The notes below the pieces were generated by a model, which worked only from the letters and a program-made list of their open reading frames with translations, did no database searches and was not told the DNA's origin. A stretch of DNA of 64,000 bases from an uncultured Sphingosinicella sp. GTDB lineage: Bacteria; Pseudomonadota; Alphaproteobacteria; Sphingomonadales; Sphingomonadaceae. Positions 50,671 to 61,697 of the stretch are shown piece after piece; the first letter of the stretch is position 1, and every line of letters begins with the position of its first letter. The stretch is from positions 3,761 to 67,760 of the forward strand of contig CBIGXQ010000001.1 of the NCBI GenBank assembly GCA_966193865.1, written 5' to 3'. The translations under genes and the position numbers were made by a program.

Positions 50671-52689
50671 ATGCACAAGCGAGCGGGTCTGTTTCTTCTC
50701 CTGGGGGCTTCGGCCGCCGCCATCGCCGGATCGACGGTCGGTCAGTTGCAGGTTTCAAAACCTGTTCCACCGCCGGTCGCGCCGGCTGCCGTGGCGCCCA
50801 TGGCGGCGGTCGTTCAGACCGCGCCGACCGCGAACGCGATCGCTACCAGCATCGCCCGCTGGAACAGCCTTCGCCAGTCCGACAATCTCCCGTTCACCGC
50901 TTATGCCTCGTTCCTGCTCAGCCATCGCGGCTGGCCCGGCGAAACGGCAATGCGCCGGACGGCGGAGCGCCAGATCGAGGCCGGAGCGGCAGCTTCCGAG
51001 GTCGTCCGCTTCTTCACCGAATTCCCGCCGCTGACTCCTGCGGGTCACGCCGGACATGCCTTCGCTCTGCTGGCGACCGGCCGAAGCGGTGAGGCCGCCG
51101 CCGCCGCCCGTGCGGCCTGGACCGGCGGCGTTCTCCCGCAGACGGCGGAGCAAAGGCTGATCAGCACGTTCGGATCAGCGCTGACATCGCAGGATCACGA
51201 TCGGCGGATGGACGTGCTGCTCGGAAACGGCGACACCCAAAGCGCCCAGCGAAGCCTGATGTGGAGCTCGCCGGCAAAGCGGCCGCTGTTCGAGGCGAGG
51301 CTTGCGATGCAGACCCGCGCCGGCGATGCCGCAGCTCGCGCGGCGGCGGTCGGAGCGGCCGGGGCGTCCGATCCCGGCTTCCTGATCGACCGTGGCAACT
51401 GGCTTCGCAACAGCGGCGATCCCGGCGGCGCGCGCCAATGGCTCGCCCGGCCGCGGCGGCTCTCCAGCCATCCCGCCAATGCCGAGAAATTCATGGAATC
51501 GATGGTGACCATGGCGCGGGCGGCAGCGGCCGACCGGCAGTGGAGCACCGCTTTTCAGATCGCTTCCCAGGTCGACGATATCTTCCCGGCCGGCACCGAC
51601 GTCAGCCAGCGGGCGTTCGGCGAACGCGACGAATATACCAACCTCACCTGGCTCGCCGGGACGACCGCCCTCCTCCGCCTCGCCCGGCCGGCCGACGCGG
51701 TCGGCATGTTCGAACGCTATGCGCGCGCCGCCCAGTCGCCGCAGACCCGGACCAAGGGGCTCTACTGGGCGGCCCGGGCGGCGAATCGCGCCGGCCAGGC
51801 CGAGCGATCGCAGGCCTTCCTCACCGAGGCCGCTCAGCATTACGACCAGTTTTACGGGCAATTGGCGGCGGAACGGCTCGGCCGGGCCTTGCCCGCTCCG
51901 GCGGCGCCGACCGCCGTGGCGCCGACGCCGGCCGAGCGGCAGGCGTTTCGAAACCGTTCGATCGTCACCGCCGTTCGCTATCTCGGCCAGACCGGCAATT
52001 GGCGCGACCAGACCGACTTCGTCCGAGCGCTCGCCGAACAGGCGCGGACCGACAATGAGCGGCTGCTCACCGTCGAGCTCGGACGGGAGATCGGCCGGAT
52101 CGATCTTGGCGTCCTCGTCGCCCGCAATGCGCGCAGCGACGGCTCGCTGGAATATAAGAGGTGGGGCTTCCCGGAGGTTCGGGTTCCCGCCGCGCAGCAG
52201 CGTCACTGGACGCTGGCCCACGCCATCGCCCGGCAGGAAAGCCTGTTCGATCGCGAGGCGGTGAGCCGGGCCGGCGCACGCGGGCTCATGCAGCTGATGC
52301 CGGGCACCGCGCGTGAAGTCGCCGGTCGACTCGACATCGGTTACGATCAGTCACGGCTCACCCGCGATCCGGAATATAATGTCCTCCTGGGATCGACCTA
52401 TTTCGCCCGGCTTCTCGGCCAATATGATGGAAGCTATCCGCTCGCCATCGCCGCCTACAATGCCGGGCCGGGCAACGTGAACCGATGGCTTCGCGCGAAT
52501 GGCGATCCGCGAACCTCGGCGGTGAACATGGTCGACTGGATCGAGGAGATCCCGTTCTTCGAGACCCGCAACTATGTCCAGCGCGTGCTCGAAAATGCGG
52601 TCGTCTACGATCTGCTCAATCCCGATCGGGCCCGTAGTCCGCAGGGGAACCGCCTCTCTTACTATCTCGGCGAGCCTCAGCCCAGCTGA
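50671..52689 (+). CDS. Soluble lytic transglycosylase (Slt70-like)
   Basis: Signal peptide, helical repeats, IARQES, GLMQLMP, AAYNAG and ETRNYV motifs. Confidence 0.92.
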   Translation: MHKRAGLFLLLGASAAAIAGSTVGQLQVSKPVPPPVAPAAVAPMAAVVQTAPTANAIATSIARWNSLRQSDNLPFTAYASFLLSHRGWPGETAMRRTAERQIEAGAAASEVVRFFTEFPPLTPAGHAGHAFALLATGRSGEAAAAARAAWTGGVLPQTAEQRLISTFGSALTSQDHDRRMDVLLGNGDTQSAQRSLMWSSPAKRPLFEARLAMQTRAGDAAARAAAVGAAGASDPGFLIDRGNWLRNSGDPGGARQWLARPRRLSSHPANAEKFMESMVTMARAAAADRQWSTAFQIASQVDDIFPAGTDVSQRAFGERDEYTNLTWLAGTTALLRLARPADAVGMFERYARAAQSPQTRTKGLYWAARAANRAGQAERSQAFLTEAAQHYDQFYGQLAAERLGRALPAPAAPTAVAPTPAERQAFRNRSIVTAVRYLGQTGNWRDQTDFVRALAEQARTDNERLLTVELGREIGRIDLGVLVARNARSDGSLEYKRWGFPEVRVPAAQQRHWTLAHAIARQESLFDREAVSRAGARGLMQLMPGTAREVAGRLDIGYDQSRLTRDPEYNVLLGSTYFARLLGQYDGSYPLAIAAYNAGPGNVNRWLRANGDPRTSAVNMVDWIEEIPFFETRNYVQRVLENAVVYDLLNPDRARSPQGNRLSYYLGEPQPS

Positions 52690-52784
52690 GGTCCGCGCCC
52701 GTCTCCGGAGGGCGTTCCCGCAAACGCGGATCGGGCTCGACGCGGCGCGTGATCGATGGGCCGGCTGCTGGCATAAGCGCTTCG

Positions 52785-53276
52785 ATGAGCGATCGACCCA
52801 ATTACATCACGCCGGCCGGCTATCGTCGGCTTCGCGAGGAATATGAGGCTCTTTACGGCGGCGAGCGGCCGAAGCTGCTCGAGACGATCGCCTGGGCCGC
52901 CGCCAATGGCGACCGCTCCGAAAATGCCGATTATCAATATGGCCGGCGCCGGCTGCGCGAGATCGACCGACGAATCAACTTCCTCGCCCGCCGGATGAAG
53001 GCAGCGAAGGTCACCGACCCCGCCGCCCAGCCCGACCGGAACCGGGTCTGGTTCGGGGCCACCGTCACCCTCGTCGACGAGGATGATGTCGAGCGCGTTC
53101 TCACGCTCGTCGGCGAGGACGAGGCGGACGCGACTCAAGGGCGAATAAGCTGGCAATCGCCGATCGCCCGAGCCGTCCGCGGCGCCGCGGTCGGCGATTT
53201 GCGGCGAGTCTCCTTGCCGGCGGGCGATCGCGAATATGAGGTCGTCAGGATCCTTTATCCGGGATCGGACGCCTGA
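52785..53276 (+). CDS. greB: Transcription elongation factor GreB
   Basis: NYITPAG, WAAANGDRSENADYQYG, LREIDRR and ISWQSPIA motifs; ATG 52785. Confidence 0.94.
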   Translation: MSDRPNYITPAGYRRLREEYEALYGGERPKLLETIAWAAANGDRSENADYQYGRRRLREIDRRINFLARRMKAAKVTDPAAQPDRNRVWFGATVTLVDEDDVERVLTLVGEDEADATQGRISWQSPIARAVRGAAVGDLRRVSLPAGDREYEVVRILYPGSDA

Positions 53277-54061
53277 CGCTGGCCTGCCTGCTCGTCCCGA
53301 AGAAGGCGGGCGAAATGCTCCATCTCGGCAGGAACAGGCGGAGGATCGGCCGGAAGAACCCGTTCGAGCGAGTCGGCGACCGCGCCGAGCGCCGCGATTC
53401 TCGCCGACTTCTTGTCGTTGCCGTCGATCGCAGTCCATGGCGCCCAACGTGTGTCGGTCTGGTCGAACATATCCTTGATCGCCCTGGAATAATCATTCCG
53501 GCGGCCGCGGTTGCGAATGTCTTCCGCAGTCACTTTCCAGCGCTTCCAGGGATGGTCGAGCCGAGCGAGAAACCGGGCCGATTGTTCGGCTTCGGTGACG
53601 TGGAAGAAGAGCTTGATGATGGCTGTGCCGTCGGCCGCGAGCTGCGCTTCGAACTCGTTGATCTCGTCATAGGCGCGTCGCCACTCGGCTTCGGTGGCGA
53701 AGCCCTCGACCCGCTCGACGAGCACCCGGCCGTACCAGCTCCGGTCGAAGATCGCGACCTCACCGGCCTTGGGCAGACGCTGCCAGAAGCGCCATAGATA
53801 ATGACGCGCTTTCTCCTCCTCGGAGGGAGCGGCGATCGGCCATACCTTGAAGCCGCGCGGATCGCATTCCGCCGTGAGGCGCTGGATCGCTCCGCCCTTG
53901 CCCGAGGCATCCCAGCCTTCGACGACGATCACCGCCGAGCGGCGGTGGACGAAGTTGCCGACGAAAAGGCGCGAGACCCGCTCCTGCAGGTCGGCGAGCG
54001 TCTTCTTATATTCCCCCTCGAAGGGCGCGCCGCTCTCATATTGCCGAAGGTCGATCGCCAT
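53255..54061 (-). CDS. ppk2: Polyphosphate kinase 2 family protein (single domain)
   Basis: EGWDASGKGG P-loop, YLWRFW, FDRSWYGRVLVERVEG and INEFE motifs. Confidence 0.9.
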   Translation of the reverse strand: MAIDLRQYESGAPFEGEYKKTLADLQERVSRLFVGNFVHRRSAVIVVEGWDASGKGGAIQRLTAECDPRGFKVWPIAAPSEEEKARHYLWRFWQRLPKAGEVAIFDRSWYGRVLVERVEGFATEAEWRRAYDEINEFEAQLAADGTAIIKLFFHVTEAEQSARFLARLDHPWKRWKVTAEDIRNRGRRNDYSRAIKDMFDQTDTRWAPWTAIDGNDKKSARIAALGAVADSLERVLPADPPPVPAEMEHFARLLRDEQAGQRQASDPG

Positions 54062-54082
54062 CGGCAAGCCTTAGCAGTGGAC

Positions 54083-55900
54083 CTATTCCGGCGCCACGCT
54101 CCGCGCCGGATCCTTGGCGGCTGTCCCGGAAGGGGGCACCAGCCGGATATGAAGCTCGCGAAGCTGCTTCGCGGTCACCTCTCCCGGAGCGCCCATCATC
54201 AGGTCCTCGGCCCGCTGGTTCATCGGAAACAGCACCACCTCGCGAAGGTTCGGCTCGTCCGCCAGGAGCATGACGATCCGGTCGATCCCGGGGGCCGATC
54301 CCCCGTGCGGCGGAGCACCGAACTTGAACGCGTTGATCATCCCGGAAAAGTTCGTGTCGACGTCCTGCTGGCTGTAGCCGGCAATCTCGAACGCCTTGTA
54401 CATGATGTCGGGCCGGTGGTTGCGGATCGCGCCGGACGAAAGCTCCACGCCGTTGCAGACGATGTCGTACTGGAAGGCGAGGATTTCGAGCGGGTCCTTC
54501 GACTCCAGCGCCTCCAGTCCTCCCTGCGGCATCGAGAAGGGATTGTGGCTGAAGTCGACCTTCTTCGATTCCTCGTCATATTCGTACATCGGGAAATCGA
54601 CGATCCAGCAGAAATCGAACCGATCCCGGTCGATGAGGTCGAGCTGCTCGGCGATCCGGGTTCGGGCGGCGCCGGCGAGCTTTGCCGCCTGGTCCGGCTT
54701 TCCGGCCGCGAAGAAGATGCCGTCGTCAGGGCCGAGCCCGAGCTCCGCGACCAGCTTGCGAGTGGCTTCCTCGCCATGGTTCTTGGCGATCGGACCGCCA
54801 AGCTCACCGCCCTTCTGGGTGATGTAGCCAAGGCCGGCATGGCCTTCGCTCCGGGCCCAGTCGTTCATGTCGTCGAAGAATTTGCGGCTGTGGCCGGCGG
54901 TGCCGGGCGCCGGAATGGCTCGCACGGCGCCGCCGCCCTCCACGATCCGGGAGAAGAGGCCGAAGCCGGACCCCTGGAAATGCGCCGACACGTCCGAGAT
55001 CAGGATCGGATTGCGCAAGTCGGGCTTGTCCGAACCGTATTTCAGCATCGCTTCCCGGTAGGGGATTCGGGGAAATTGGCCGGCCGGGGTCACGCTCCGG
55101 CCATTGGCGAATTCCTCGAACACGCCGGCCAGCACCGGCTCGATCGCGGCGAACACGTCGTCCTGGGTGACGAAGCTCATCTCGAAATCGAGCTGGTAGA
55201 ATTCCCCCGGCGAGCGGTCGGCACGGGCGTCCTCGTCGCGGAAACAGGGCGCGATCTGGAAATAGCGGTCGAACCCCGCCACCATGATCAGCTGCTTGAA
55301 CATCTGCGGCGCCTGCGGGAGCGCGTAGAACTTGCCGGGATGGACCCGGCTCGGAACGAGATAGTCGCGCGCTCCCTCCGGGCTGGACGCGGTCAGGATC
55401 GGCGTCTGGAACTCGGTGAAGCCCTGGTCGATCATCCGCCGCCGGATCGAGCTGATCACCTTCGAACGCAGGATGATGTTGTTGTGGATCCGCTCCCGAC
55501 GCAGATCGAGGTAGCGGTAGCGGAGCCTGATCTCTTCCGGATATTCCTGGTCGCCGAACACCGGCAGCGGCAGTTCCTGAGCCTGCGACTGAATCTCGAC
55601 GGCGTCGGCGTGAAGCTCGATCTGGCCGGTGGCGAGGTTCGCGTTCACCGCGTCCGATGCCCGGCGAACGATCTCGCCTTCGACCGTGACGACCGATTCG
55701 ACGCGAAGGCCTTCGAGAAGCCTGAACGCCTCGTCGGCGATGTCGGTGACGATCTGGGTGATCCCGTAATGGTCGCGAAGATCGACGAAGAGCAGATTGC
55801 CGTGGTCGCGCTTGCGATGAATCCAACCCGAGAGCTTGACCCTTTCGCCGACATGGCTCTCGCGGAGCTCTCCGCAGCTATGAGTGCGATAGGCATGCAT
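54083..55900 (-). CDS. aspS: Aspartyl-tRNA synthetase (probably non-discriminating)
   Basis: [25 protein letters not shown] and APPHGG motifs. The His in RDHG is associated with ND-AspRS. Confidence 0.97.
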   Translation of the reverse strand: MHAYRTHSCGELRESHVGERVKLSGWIHRKRDHGNLLFVDLRDHYGITQIVTDIADEAFRLLEGLRVESVVTVEGEIVRRASDAVNANLATGQIELHADAVEIQSQAQELPLPVFGDQEYPEEIRLRYRYLDLRRERIHNNIILRSKVISSIRRRMIDQGFTEFQTPILTASSPEGARDYLVPSRVHPGKFYALPQAPQMFKQLIMVAGFDRYFQIAPCFRDEDARADRSPGEFYQLDFEMSFVTQDDVFAAIEPVLAGVFEEFANGRSVTPAGQFPRIPYREAMLKYGSDKPDLRNPILISDVSAHFQGSGFGLFSRIVEGGGAVRAIPAPGTAGHSRKFFDDMNDWARSEGHAGLGYITQKGGELGGPIAKNHGEEATRKLVAELGLGPDDGIFFAAGKPDQAAKLAGAARTRIAEQLDLIDRDRFDFCWIVDFPMYEYDEESKKVDFSHNPFSMPQGGLEALESKDPLEILAFQYDIVCNGVELSSGAIRNHRPDIMYKAFEIAGYSQQDVDTNFSGMINAFKFGAPPHGGSAPGIDRIVMLLADEPNLREVVLFPMNQRAEDLMMGAPGEVTAKQLRELHIRLVPPSGTAAKDPARSVAPE

Positions 55901-56132
55901 CGTGGGACCGCTTTCAGGACTTCGAGTTGGGGAACAGGGTGAGCGAGCGCTTCGCGTCAGCCCGCCCGCTTTGTCAAGCAGTCACGCCCCCTTGATCCTC
56001 GACGATTGGGGGCCGAGTCGCTCACGAAAGCCAAATTCCCGTCGCGTTCCTGCCAGGTGCGGCCGGCTCGTGCCCGCGATCGAAGGACGGGCGCTTCCAC
56101 CTCCAACGATCAGGCTCTATGAGGGCCGCCAA

Positions 56133-57314
56133 ATGCATATCCACGCTCTGATCACCGACACCGAGTCCCTCGAAAAACTCTGTGAACGCCTCGCCCGATC
56201 CGACTTCGTCGCGGTCGATACCGAGTTCATGCGCGAGAATACCTACTGGCCTGACGTCTGCCTGTTCCAGGTGGCCAATGGCGAGGAGGCCGCGGCGATC
56301 GACCCCAAGGCGGACGGGATCGATCTTACCCCCTTGCTCAACCTGCTCGTGAACAACGAGCATGTGCTCAAGGTCTTCCACGCCGGCGGCCAGGACATCG
56401 AGATCATCTTCAATCTGTCGGGCGGGACCCCCCACCCCCTGTTCGATACCCAGATCGCGGCGATGGCGCTCGGGCTCGGCGAACAGGTCGGCTACCAGAA
56501 TCTCGTCGAGGCCCTGCTTGGCCGAAGCCTCGACAAGGGCGCGCGATTCACCGATTGGGCCCGGCGTCCGCTGGATCGACGCCAGATCGACTATGCGATC
56601 GGCGACGTCACTCACCTCGCCGAGCTCTTCCCGAAGATGCTCGATCGGCTTCGCCGGACCAACCGCGGCAACTGGCTCGACCAGGAGATGGAGCGGATCT
56701 CCGACCCGGCCAATTACATCAACGATCCGGCGCTCGCCTGGAAGAAGGTCAAGATCCAGAGCCGCAAGGCCGACGTGCTCGGCCGCCTGAAGGGACTCGC
56801 CGCTTGGCGCGAGCTCGAGGCCCGGTCCAAGAATCTGCCGCGCGGGCGGATCATGAAGGACGAGACCCTCGCCGACATCGCCCTTCACCCACCGGTCGAC
56901 CAGGAATCGCTCGGCAAGGTTCGGGGCCTTTCGCCCGCCTGGCGATCCAACGATATCGGCGCACGGATGATGGAGGCGCTGGCCAATTCCGATCCGCTTC
57001 CCGCGGCGGAGATGCCGCCGCGCGACGAGCGCGGCCCCGGCCTTGGACGGGAAGGCGCCCTCGTCGCCGACCTTCTCAAGCTTCTTCTCAAGATCCGGGC
57101 TCGGGAAAGCAATGTCGCTCCGCGCCTGGTCGCCAAGTCGGAAGAGCTGGAAATGCTCGCAGCCGGCCGCCGCGAGGGCCTGTCCATCCTCGAAGGCTGG
57201 AGATTCGAGGAGTTCGGGCGCGACGCTCTCGACCTCGTCGAAGGACGGCTCGCCTTCGCAATCCGCGACGGCAAGCTGGCGATGACCCGAACCGAATCGG
57301 AGGTTGCCACATGA
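56133..57314 (+). CDS. rnd: Ribonuclease D
   Basis: VDTEFMRE, KVFHA, FDTQIAA and YAIGDV DEDDy motifs, HRDC region, GWR near the C-terminus; ATG 56133. Confidence 0.94.
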   Translation: MHIHALITDTESLEKLCERLARSDFVAVDTEFMRENTYWPDVCLFQVANGEEAAAIDPKADGIDLTPLLNLLVNNEHVLKVFHAGGQDIEIIFNLSGGTPHPLFDTQIAAMALGLGEQVGYQNLVEALLGRSLDKGARFTDWARRPLDRRQIDYAIGDVTHLAELFPKMLDRLRRTNRGNWLDQEMERISDPANYINDPALAWKKVKIQSRKADVLGRLKGLAAWRELEARSKNLPRGRIMKDETLADIALHPPVDQESLGKVRGLSPAWRSNDIGARMMEALANSDPLPAAEMPPRDERGPGLGREGALVADLLKLLLKIRARESNVAPRLVAKSEELEMLAAGRREGLSILEGWRFEEFGRDALDLVEGRLAFAIRDGKLAMTRTESEVAT

Positions 57315-57583
57315 AGAAGATCAGCCTGATGCTGCTTGGCCTGGTCGGCGCCTGCGCCACCCTGCCGGCCGAATCCCGAGGCGTCTGCAACGTGGAGGGA
57401 CTCGGTGATCTGGTCGGCCGCCAGGCCACGACCGAGCTCGGAGCGGAAGCGATGCGGCGATCGGGTTCTGCCCGGCTGCGCTGGATCCAGCCCGGTGACG
57501 TCATCACGATGGATTATAGCGAGAGCCGGCTGAACATCTATCTCGACAGCCGCAACCGGGTCGATCGCTTCATCTGCGGCTAG
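57311..57583 (+). CDS. I78 family peptidase inhibitor lipoprotein
   Basis: Lipobox VGAC; PGDVITMDYSESRLNI...CG; ATGA overlap with rnd. Confidence 0.85.
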   Translation: MKKISLMLLGLVGACATLPAESRGVCNVEGLGDLVGRQATTELGAEAMRRSGSARLRWIQPGDVITMDYSESRLNIYLDSRNRVDRFICG

Positions 57584-57608
57584 CGCCCTGCCCTCTCCGC
57601 GAGAGGCT

Positions 57609-58247
57609 CTAGAGCGGATCCTCTTCGGGCCGGCGCCCGCCGGCGCGATAGAGCAGGCCCGCTTCGTCGAGGGCACGCTTGGCCAGCGGGATCGTCATCC
57701 TCTTGTGGTGCGACAGGGTCACCCGGTCGAGGATGTCGACCACCGATTGCACCGCGACGTAGGAGCGCTCGATCCTCGGCACCAGATAGTCGCCGAGCTC
57801 ATTGGGAGCGGCGATTCCGCGGTCGCCGAGCAGCTTGACGATGAGTTGAGCGATGAGAAGGTCGTCGGGACGGCCGATCTCCACTGCCGGCGTGGCCGCG
57901 AGTCGGGAACGCAGGTCCGGCAATTTCACCTGCCATTGCGGCGGCGGCGCATCGGCGATGATGATCAGCGGCTTGCGCCGGGCCTGGGCCTCGTTCCAGG
58001 CATGGAACAGGGCCTCCTCCTCATGATCCTCGGCATTGTCGAAAAGCCGGCCGTCCGTCTTGCGAACGAAGATTCGGCCGAGAAGGCTTCGCCCCGACTT
58101 TCGCGGACCGGTGATGATCGTCGCCATGACCGGCCATAGCGCCCAGCGCCTGAGATGGTCGAAAGCGGCCCGGTTGCATTCGGAGAGGAGAAAATCCTCC
58201 TCCCTGTCGGCCACCGGCCAGTTGAACGGCAGCGCGATCTGATTCAC
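57609..58247 (-). CDS. hdaA: DnaA regulatory inactivator HdaA
   Basis: N-terminal clamp-binding-like QIALPF, EEALFHAWN, LPDLRSRL arginine finger, RIERS; near purM. Confidence 0.82.
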   Translation of the reverse strand: MNQIALPFNWPVADREEDFLLSECNRAAFDHLRRWALWPVMATIITGPRKSGRSLLGRIFVRKTDGRLFDNAEDHEEEALFHAWNEAQARRKPLIIIADAPPPQWQVKLPDLRSRLAATPAVEIGRPDDLLIAQLIVKLLGDRGIAAPNELGDYLVPRIERSYVAVQSVVDILDRVTLSHHKRMTIPLAKRALDEAGLLYRAGGRRPEEDPL

Positions 58248-58273
58248 CGGGCCTCACCCATGTCCGCCCCCGT

Positions 58274-59491
58274 TCAGCGCGAGATCCTCAGGCTGTTGCC
58301 GCCGGTCACTTCCACCCGCCACCCCTGCGCCTGGAGGGCGGCCGCAAGGGCGGAAGCATCGCCGACATAGGTCACGCGCATGATCGACGTGCCGCCGAGC
58401 GCGAGGCTCGTCGTGATTGCCGAAGTGACTCCATTGACCCGGCTCGCGGCGATCTCGGCGGCCTGCACCGAAGCGGCGTCCGGGGTCTGCACCTGGATGT
58501 TGAAGGCGGTGGCCGCGCCGGTCTGGGCGGGCGGCGGAGCGACGGGCGGAGGCAATTCCTCGAAAATCTCTTCCTCGGCCGGAGGCAGCTCGGGAGCGAT
58601 GATGACGAGGCTCGGATCGGGCCGAAGCAATCCCGCTTCGAGCGCCCCTATGTACAAGGCGTCGAGGCGGCGGACGCCTTCTTCCAGCATTCGCGGGACG
58701 CTGGCACCGTTCGGCACCCGAAGCGCGAAGCGCCCGATCGGGGCGGAGTCGGGGCCGAATCGGGCGGTGAAGACGGCCACGGCCGGGCCGCCCGGATAGG
58801 CGCGGCGCAAGTCGACCTCCGGGACGAGGATGTCCGCGGCGCCATATTGATCGAGGATCATCCGCCACCAGCCGCGGCCCCGTCGCCGGGTCTGGCTGAG
58901 ATTGAGGAGCAGCGGATCGATCCCCGAGCCCGAGGTCCGAACATAATCGATCGGGCTGTTCGCGGTTCGGAAGTGGGCCCAGGCGCGCTGCCATTCGTTG
59001 CGGAACTCGAAACTGTAGCCGGTCGAGCCAGTGCGCATCACCGGGATAACGAGCAAGGGGGCCGAGCGCCGGGCAAGGCCGGGAACGCCGAGCATTTCGC
59101 CGGTGCGGGCGCGATCGAACAGCACGCCGAGCCGGGCGATGTAGCGGCGCGGGCTGACCTGCTCCTGTTCGATGACGATCCCGGCGACGATCGAGTTCAG
59201 GACCGATTCGGACAGGTTCGGCGCCTGCGAGATGGGCCGATTGTTGGTCTTGGCCCAAAGCATCTTCCAGCCCTGGGCCTGCGCCCGGCGCCAGCCTTCG
59301 AGCCTGGCCTTCTCTGCGCTGTCGGCTGTGACGTCGACCTCGACGCCCAGGACCTCGAAGTTGGTCGTGCTGTCGATCGGCGGAATGCCGCGGTCGGCGC
59401 CGTCGAGCTGCGCATAGACGAGCCCGGCCCCCACGAACGAGAGCATGGCGATGGCAGGAATCAACACGGCACGGGGACGGAAACGGCTCAC
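58274..59491 (-). CDS. Conserved exported hypothetical protein (DUF2066-like N-terminus, small C-terminal alpha/beta domain)
   Basis: Signal/TM at the start (GTG 59491), VEVDVTADSAEKAR, YIARLGVLFD; divergent from purM and upstream of hdaA. Family assignment is tentative. Confidence 0.65.
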   Translation of the reverse strand: MSRFRPRAVLIPAIAMLSFVGAGLVYAQLDGADRGIPPIDSTTNFEVLGVEVDVTADSAEKARLEGWRRAQAQGWKMLWAKTNNRPISQAPNLSESVLNSIVAGIVIEQEQVSPRRYIARLGVLFDRARTGEMLGVPGLARRSAPLLVIPVMRTGSTGYSFEFRNEWQRAWAHFRTANSPIDYVRTSGSGIDPLLLNLSQTRRRGRGWWRMILDQYGAADILVPEVDLRRAYPGGPAVAVFTARFGPDSAPIGRFALRVPNGASVPRMLEEGVRRLDALYIGALEAGLLRPDPSLVIIAPELPPAEEEIFEELPPPVAPPPAQTGAATAFNIQVQTPDAASVQAAEIAASRVNGVTSAITTSLALGGTSIMRVTYVGDASALAAALQAQGWRVEVTGGNSLRISR

Positions 59492-59550
59492 GCGCGCCTT
59501 TTGGCGAGTTGGCCGTGGAAATCCAAGCGCGTTGTAGCTAGGCGGCAGGA

Positions 59551-60639
59551 GTGAGCGACAGTTACACCTACGCCGGAGCCGGCGTCGACATCCAGGCGGG
59601 CAACGCGCTGGTGAAGGCGATCGCGCCGCTGGCGCGCGCAACGGCGAGGCCCGGTGCCGACGCGACCCTGGGCGGGTTCGGGGGCTTCTTCGACCTCAAG
59701 GCCGCGGGCTATCGCGATCCTCTGCTCGTCGCGGCCAATGACGGGGTCGGCACGAAGCTCAAGCTGGCGATCGAATCGAACCGCCACGACGGCGTCGGCA
59801 TCGATCTCGTCGCGATGTGCGCCAATGACCTCATCGTCCAGGGCGCCGAGCCGCTCTTCTTCCTGGATTATTTCGCCACCGGGAAATTGGAGCCCAAGGT
59901 GGCTGAGCAGGTGATCGCTTCGATCGCGGAAGGGTGCAAGCGTGCGGGCTGCGCCCTCATCGGCGGTGAGACGGCGGAGATGCCGGGCATGTACGCGGCC
60001 GGCGACTATGACCTTGCAGGCTTCTGCGTCGGCGCCGTCGAGCGCGACCAGGCGCTGACCGGGGACAAGGTGAAGGCGGGCGACGTCATCCTCGGCCTGG
60101 CCTCGACCGGCATACACTCCAACGGCTTCTCGCTGGTGCGAAGGCTCGCTTCGGACAAGGCCTGGAAACTCGATCGCCCCGCCTTGTTCGATCCGGACCG
60201 ACTGCTGATCGACGCCTTGCTCGAACCGACCCGGATCTACGTGAAGTCACTGCTTCCGGTCGTTCGCGACGGCCGTGTCCGTGCGCTCGCGCACATTACC
60301 GGCGGCGGGCTGCTCGAAAACATCCCCAGGGTCCTTCCCGGCGATCTGCACGCCGTCGTCGACGCCGACAGCTGGCCTCAGCCGCGGTTGATGGCCTTCC
60401 TCCAGGCGCAGGGAAATATCGAGCCGGAGGAGTTCGCCCGGACCTTCAACTGCGGGATCGGAATGATCCTCATCGTCTCCGAAGACGATGCGAAGAACAT
60501 CACGCAAGCTATTGAGAATGAAGGCGAGATTGTCTGGACCATCGGTCGGATCGAAAGCGGCCAACGCGGCTGCACGGTGAACGGGTCCGCCGGCACCTGG
60601 AGCGGCCGAACGAGCTGGAGCGCCGCCCATCATGGCTGA
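59551..60639 (+). CDS. purM: Phosphoribosylformylglycinamidine cyclo-ligase
   Basis: [38 protein letters not shown] and TFNCGIG motifs. Confidence 0.97.
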   Translation: MSDSYTYAGAGVDIQAGNALVKAIAPLARATARPGADATLGGFGGFFDLKAAGYRDPLLVAANDGVGTKLKLAIESNRHDGVGIDLVAMCANDLIVQGAEPLFFLDYFATGKLEPKVAEQVIASIAEGCKRAGCALIGGETAEMPGMYAAGDYDLAGFCVGAVERDQALTGDKVKAGDVILGLASTGIHSNGFSLVRRLASDKAWKLDRPALFDPDRLLIDALLEPTRIYVKSLLPVVRDGRVRALAHITGGGLLENIPRVLPGDLHAVVDADSWPQPRLMAFLQAQGNIEPEEFARTFNCGIGMILIVSEDDAKNITQAIENEGEIVWTIGRIESGQRGCTVNGSAGTWSGRTSWSAAHHG

Positions 60640-61258
60640 CAAGGTCAGGGTCGCGGTCCTGATTTCCGGGCGCGGCTCGAACATGCTGGCATTGTCGGAG
60701 CACAAGAGACGCGATCCGGACCGGCCTTACGAAATCGCGCTGGTCGCCTCGAACGTCCCGGAAGCGCGGGGGCTGGTCCTTGCCCGGCGACTCGGCCTTC
60801 CGACCTGGTCGCTCAGCCACAAGGGACTCGAACGACATGAATTCGATTCGCGGCTGGACGAGGCGTTGCGCGCCCGCAACATCGAGCTCGTCGCCCTCGC
60901 CGGCTACATGCGCCTGCTCTCCGACGAATTCGTCGACAAATGGGCAGGCCGGATCCTGAACGTCCACCCTTCCCTGCTTCCGCTCTACAAGGGGCTGGAT
61001 ACGCATCGCCGGGCGATCACCTCGGGCGACGAATTTGCCGGCTGCTCCGTTCATCTCGTCACCTCGGACCTCGATTCCGGCCCGGTCCTCGGCCAGGCCA
61101 AGGTGCGAATCCTCCCCCGCGACGATAGCGACAGCCTCGCCGCACGCGTCCTCGAGGAAGAGCATCGGCTCTATCCGATCGTGCTCGAGCAATATTGCCG
61201 GGGGCTGCTCGAACAGCGCGCTTTGGTCGGTCATCCGGAGCCGAATGATGAGCCCTGA
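60632..61258 (+). CDS. purN: Phosphoribosylglycinamide formyltransferase
   Basis: [28 protein letters not shown] and DSGP motifs. Confidence 0.96.
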   Translation: MADKVRVAVLISGRGSNMLALSEHKRRDPDRPYEIALVASNVPEARGLVLARRLGLPTWSLSHKGLERHEFDSRLDEALRARNIELVALAGYMRLLSDEFVDKWAGRILNVHPSLLPLYKGLDTHRRAITSGDEFAGCSVHLVTSDLDSGPVLGQAKVRILPRDDSDSLAARVLEEEHRLYPIVLEQYCRGLLEQRALVGHPEPNDEP

Positions 61259-61622
61259 GGCAAAGCAAAGCCTGGAGAAGGTCCGCGAGATCAGCCTCGC
61301 GCTTCCGCGAGCGACCGAGAAGGTCTCGCACGGCCAGCCGGTCTTCTACATCGAGAAGGGCAAGATCTTCGCCTGGTTCCTCAACGATCACCATGGCAGC
61401 GGAATCACCGCGGTGGCGGCGAAGACGTCCGGTCGGGAGGAGCAGGAGATGCTCGTCGAGACCCGGCCCGACCTCTATTATCTGCCGCCCTATCTCGCCC
61501 CTTCGGGCTGGGTCGGCCTTCGACTCGAGGCTGGCGTGGACTGGGACCATGTCGCCGACCGGATCGCGATCAGCTGGGAGCTGGTTGCTCCCAGGCGCCT
61601 TCTGGAGATGGGAGGGCGTTGA
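61245..61622 (+). CDS. MmcQ/YjbR family (double-wing) protein
   Basis: LALPRATEKVSHGQPVF, DHHG, PPYLAPSGWVGLRL and DWD...SW motifs; start 61245 or 61248. Confidence 0.78.
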   Translation: MMSPEAKQSLEKVREISLALPRATEKVSHGQPVFYIEKGKIFAWFLNDHHGSGITAVAAKTSGREEQEMLVETRPDLYYLPPYLAPSGWVGLRLEAGVDWDHVADRIAISWELVAPRRLLEMGGR

Positions 61623-61697
61623 ACGCCTTCTTCATCGCCGGGGAGGAAGTAGCGGGAAGCGGCGCGAGGTCGCGCCGCCCCCACCGGGCCATAGGTT

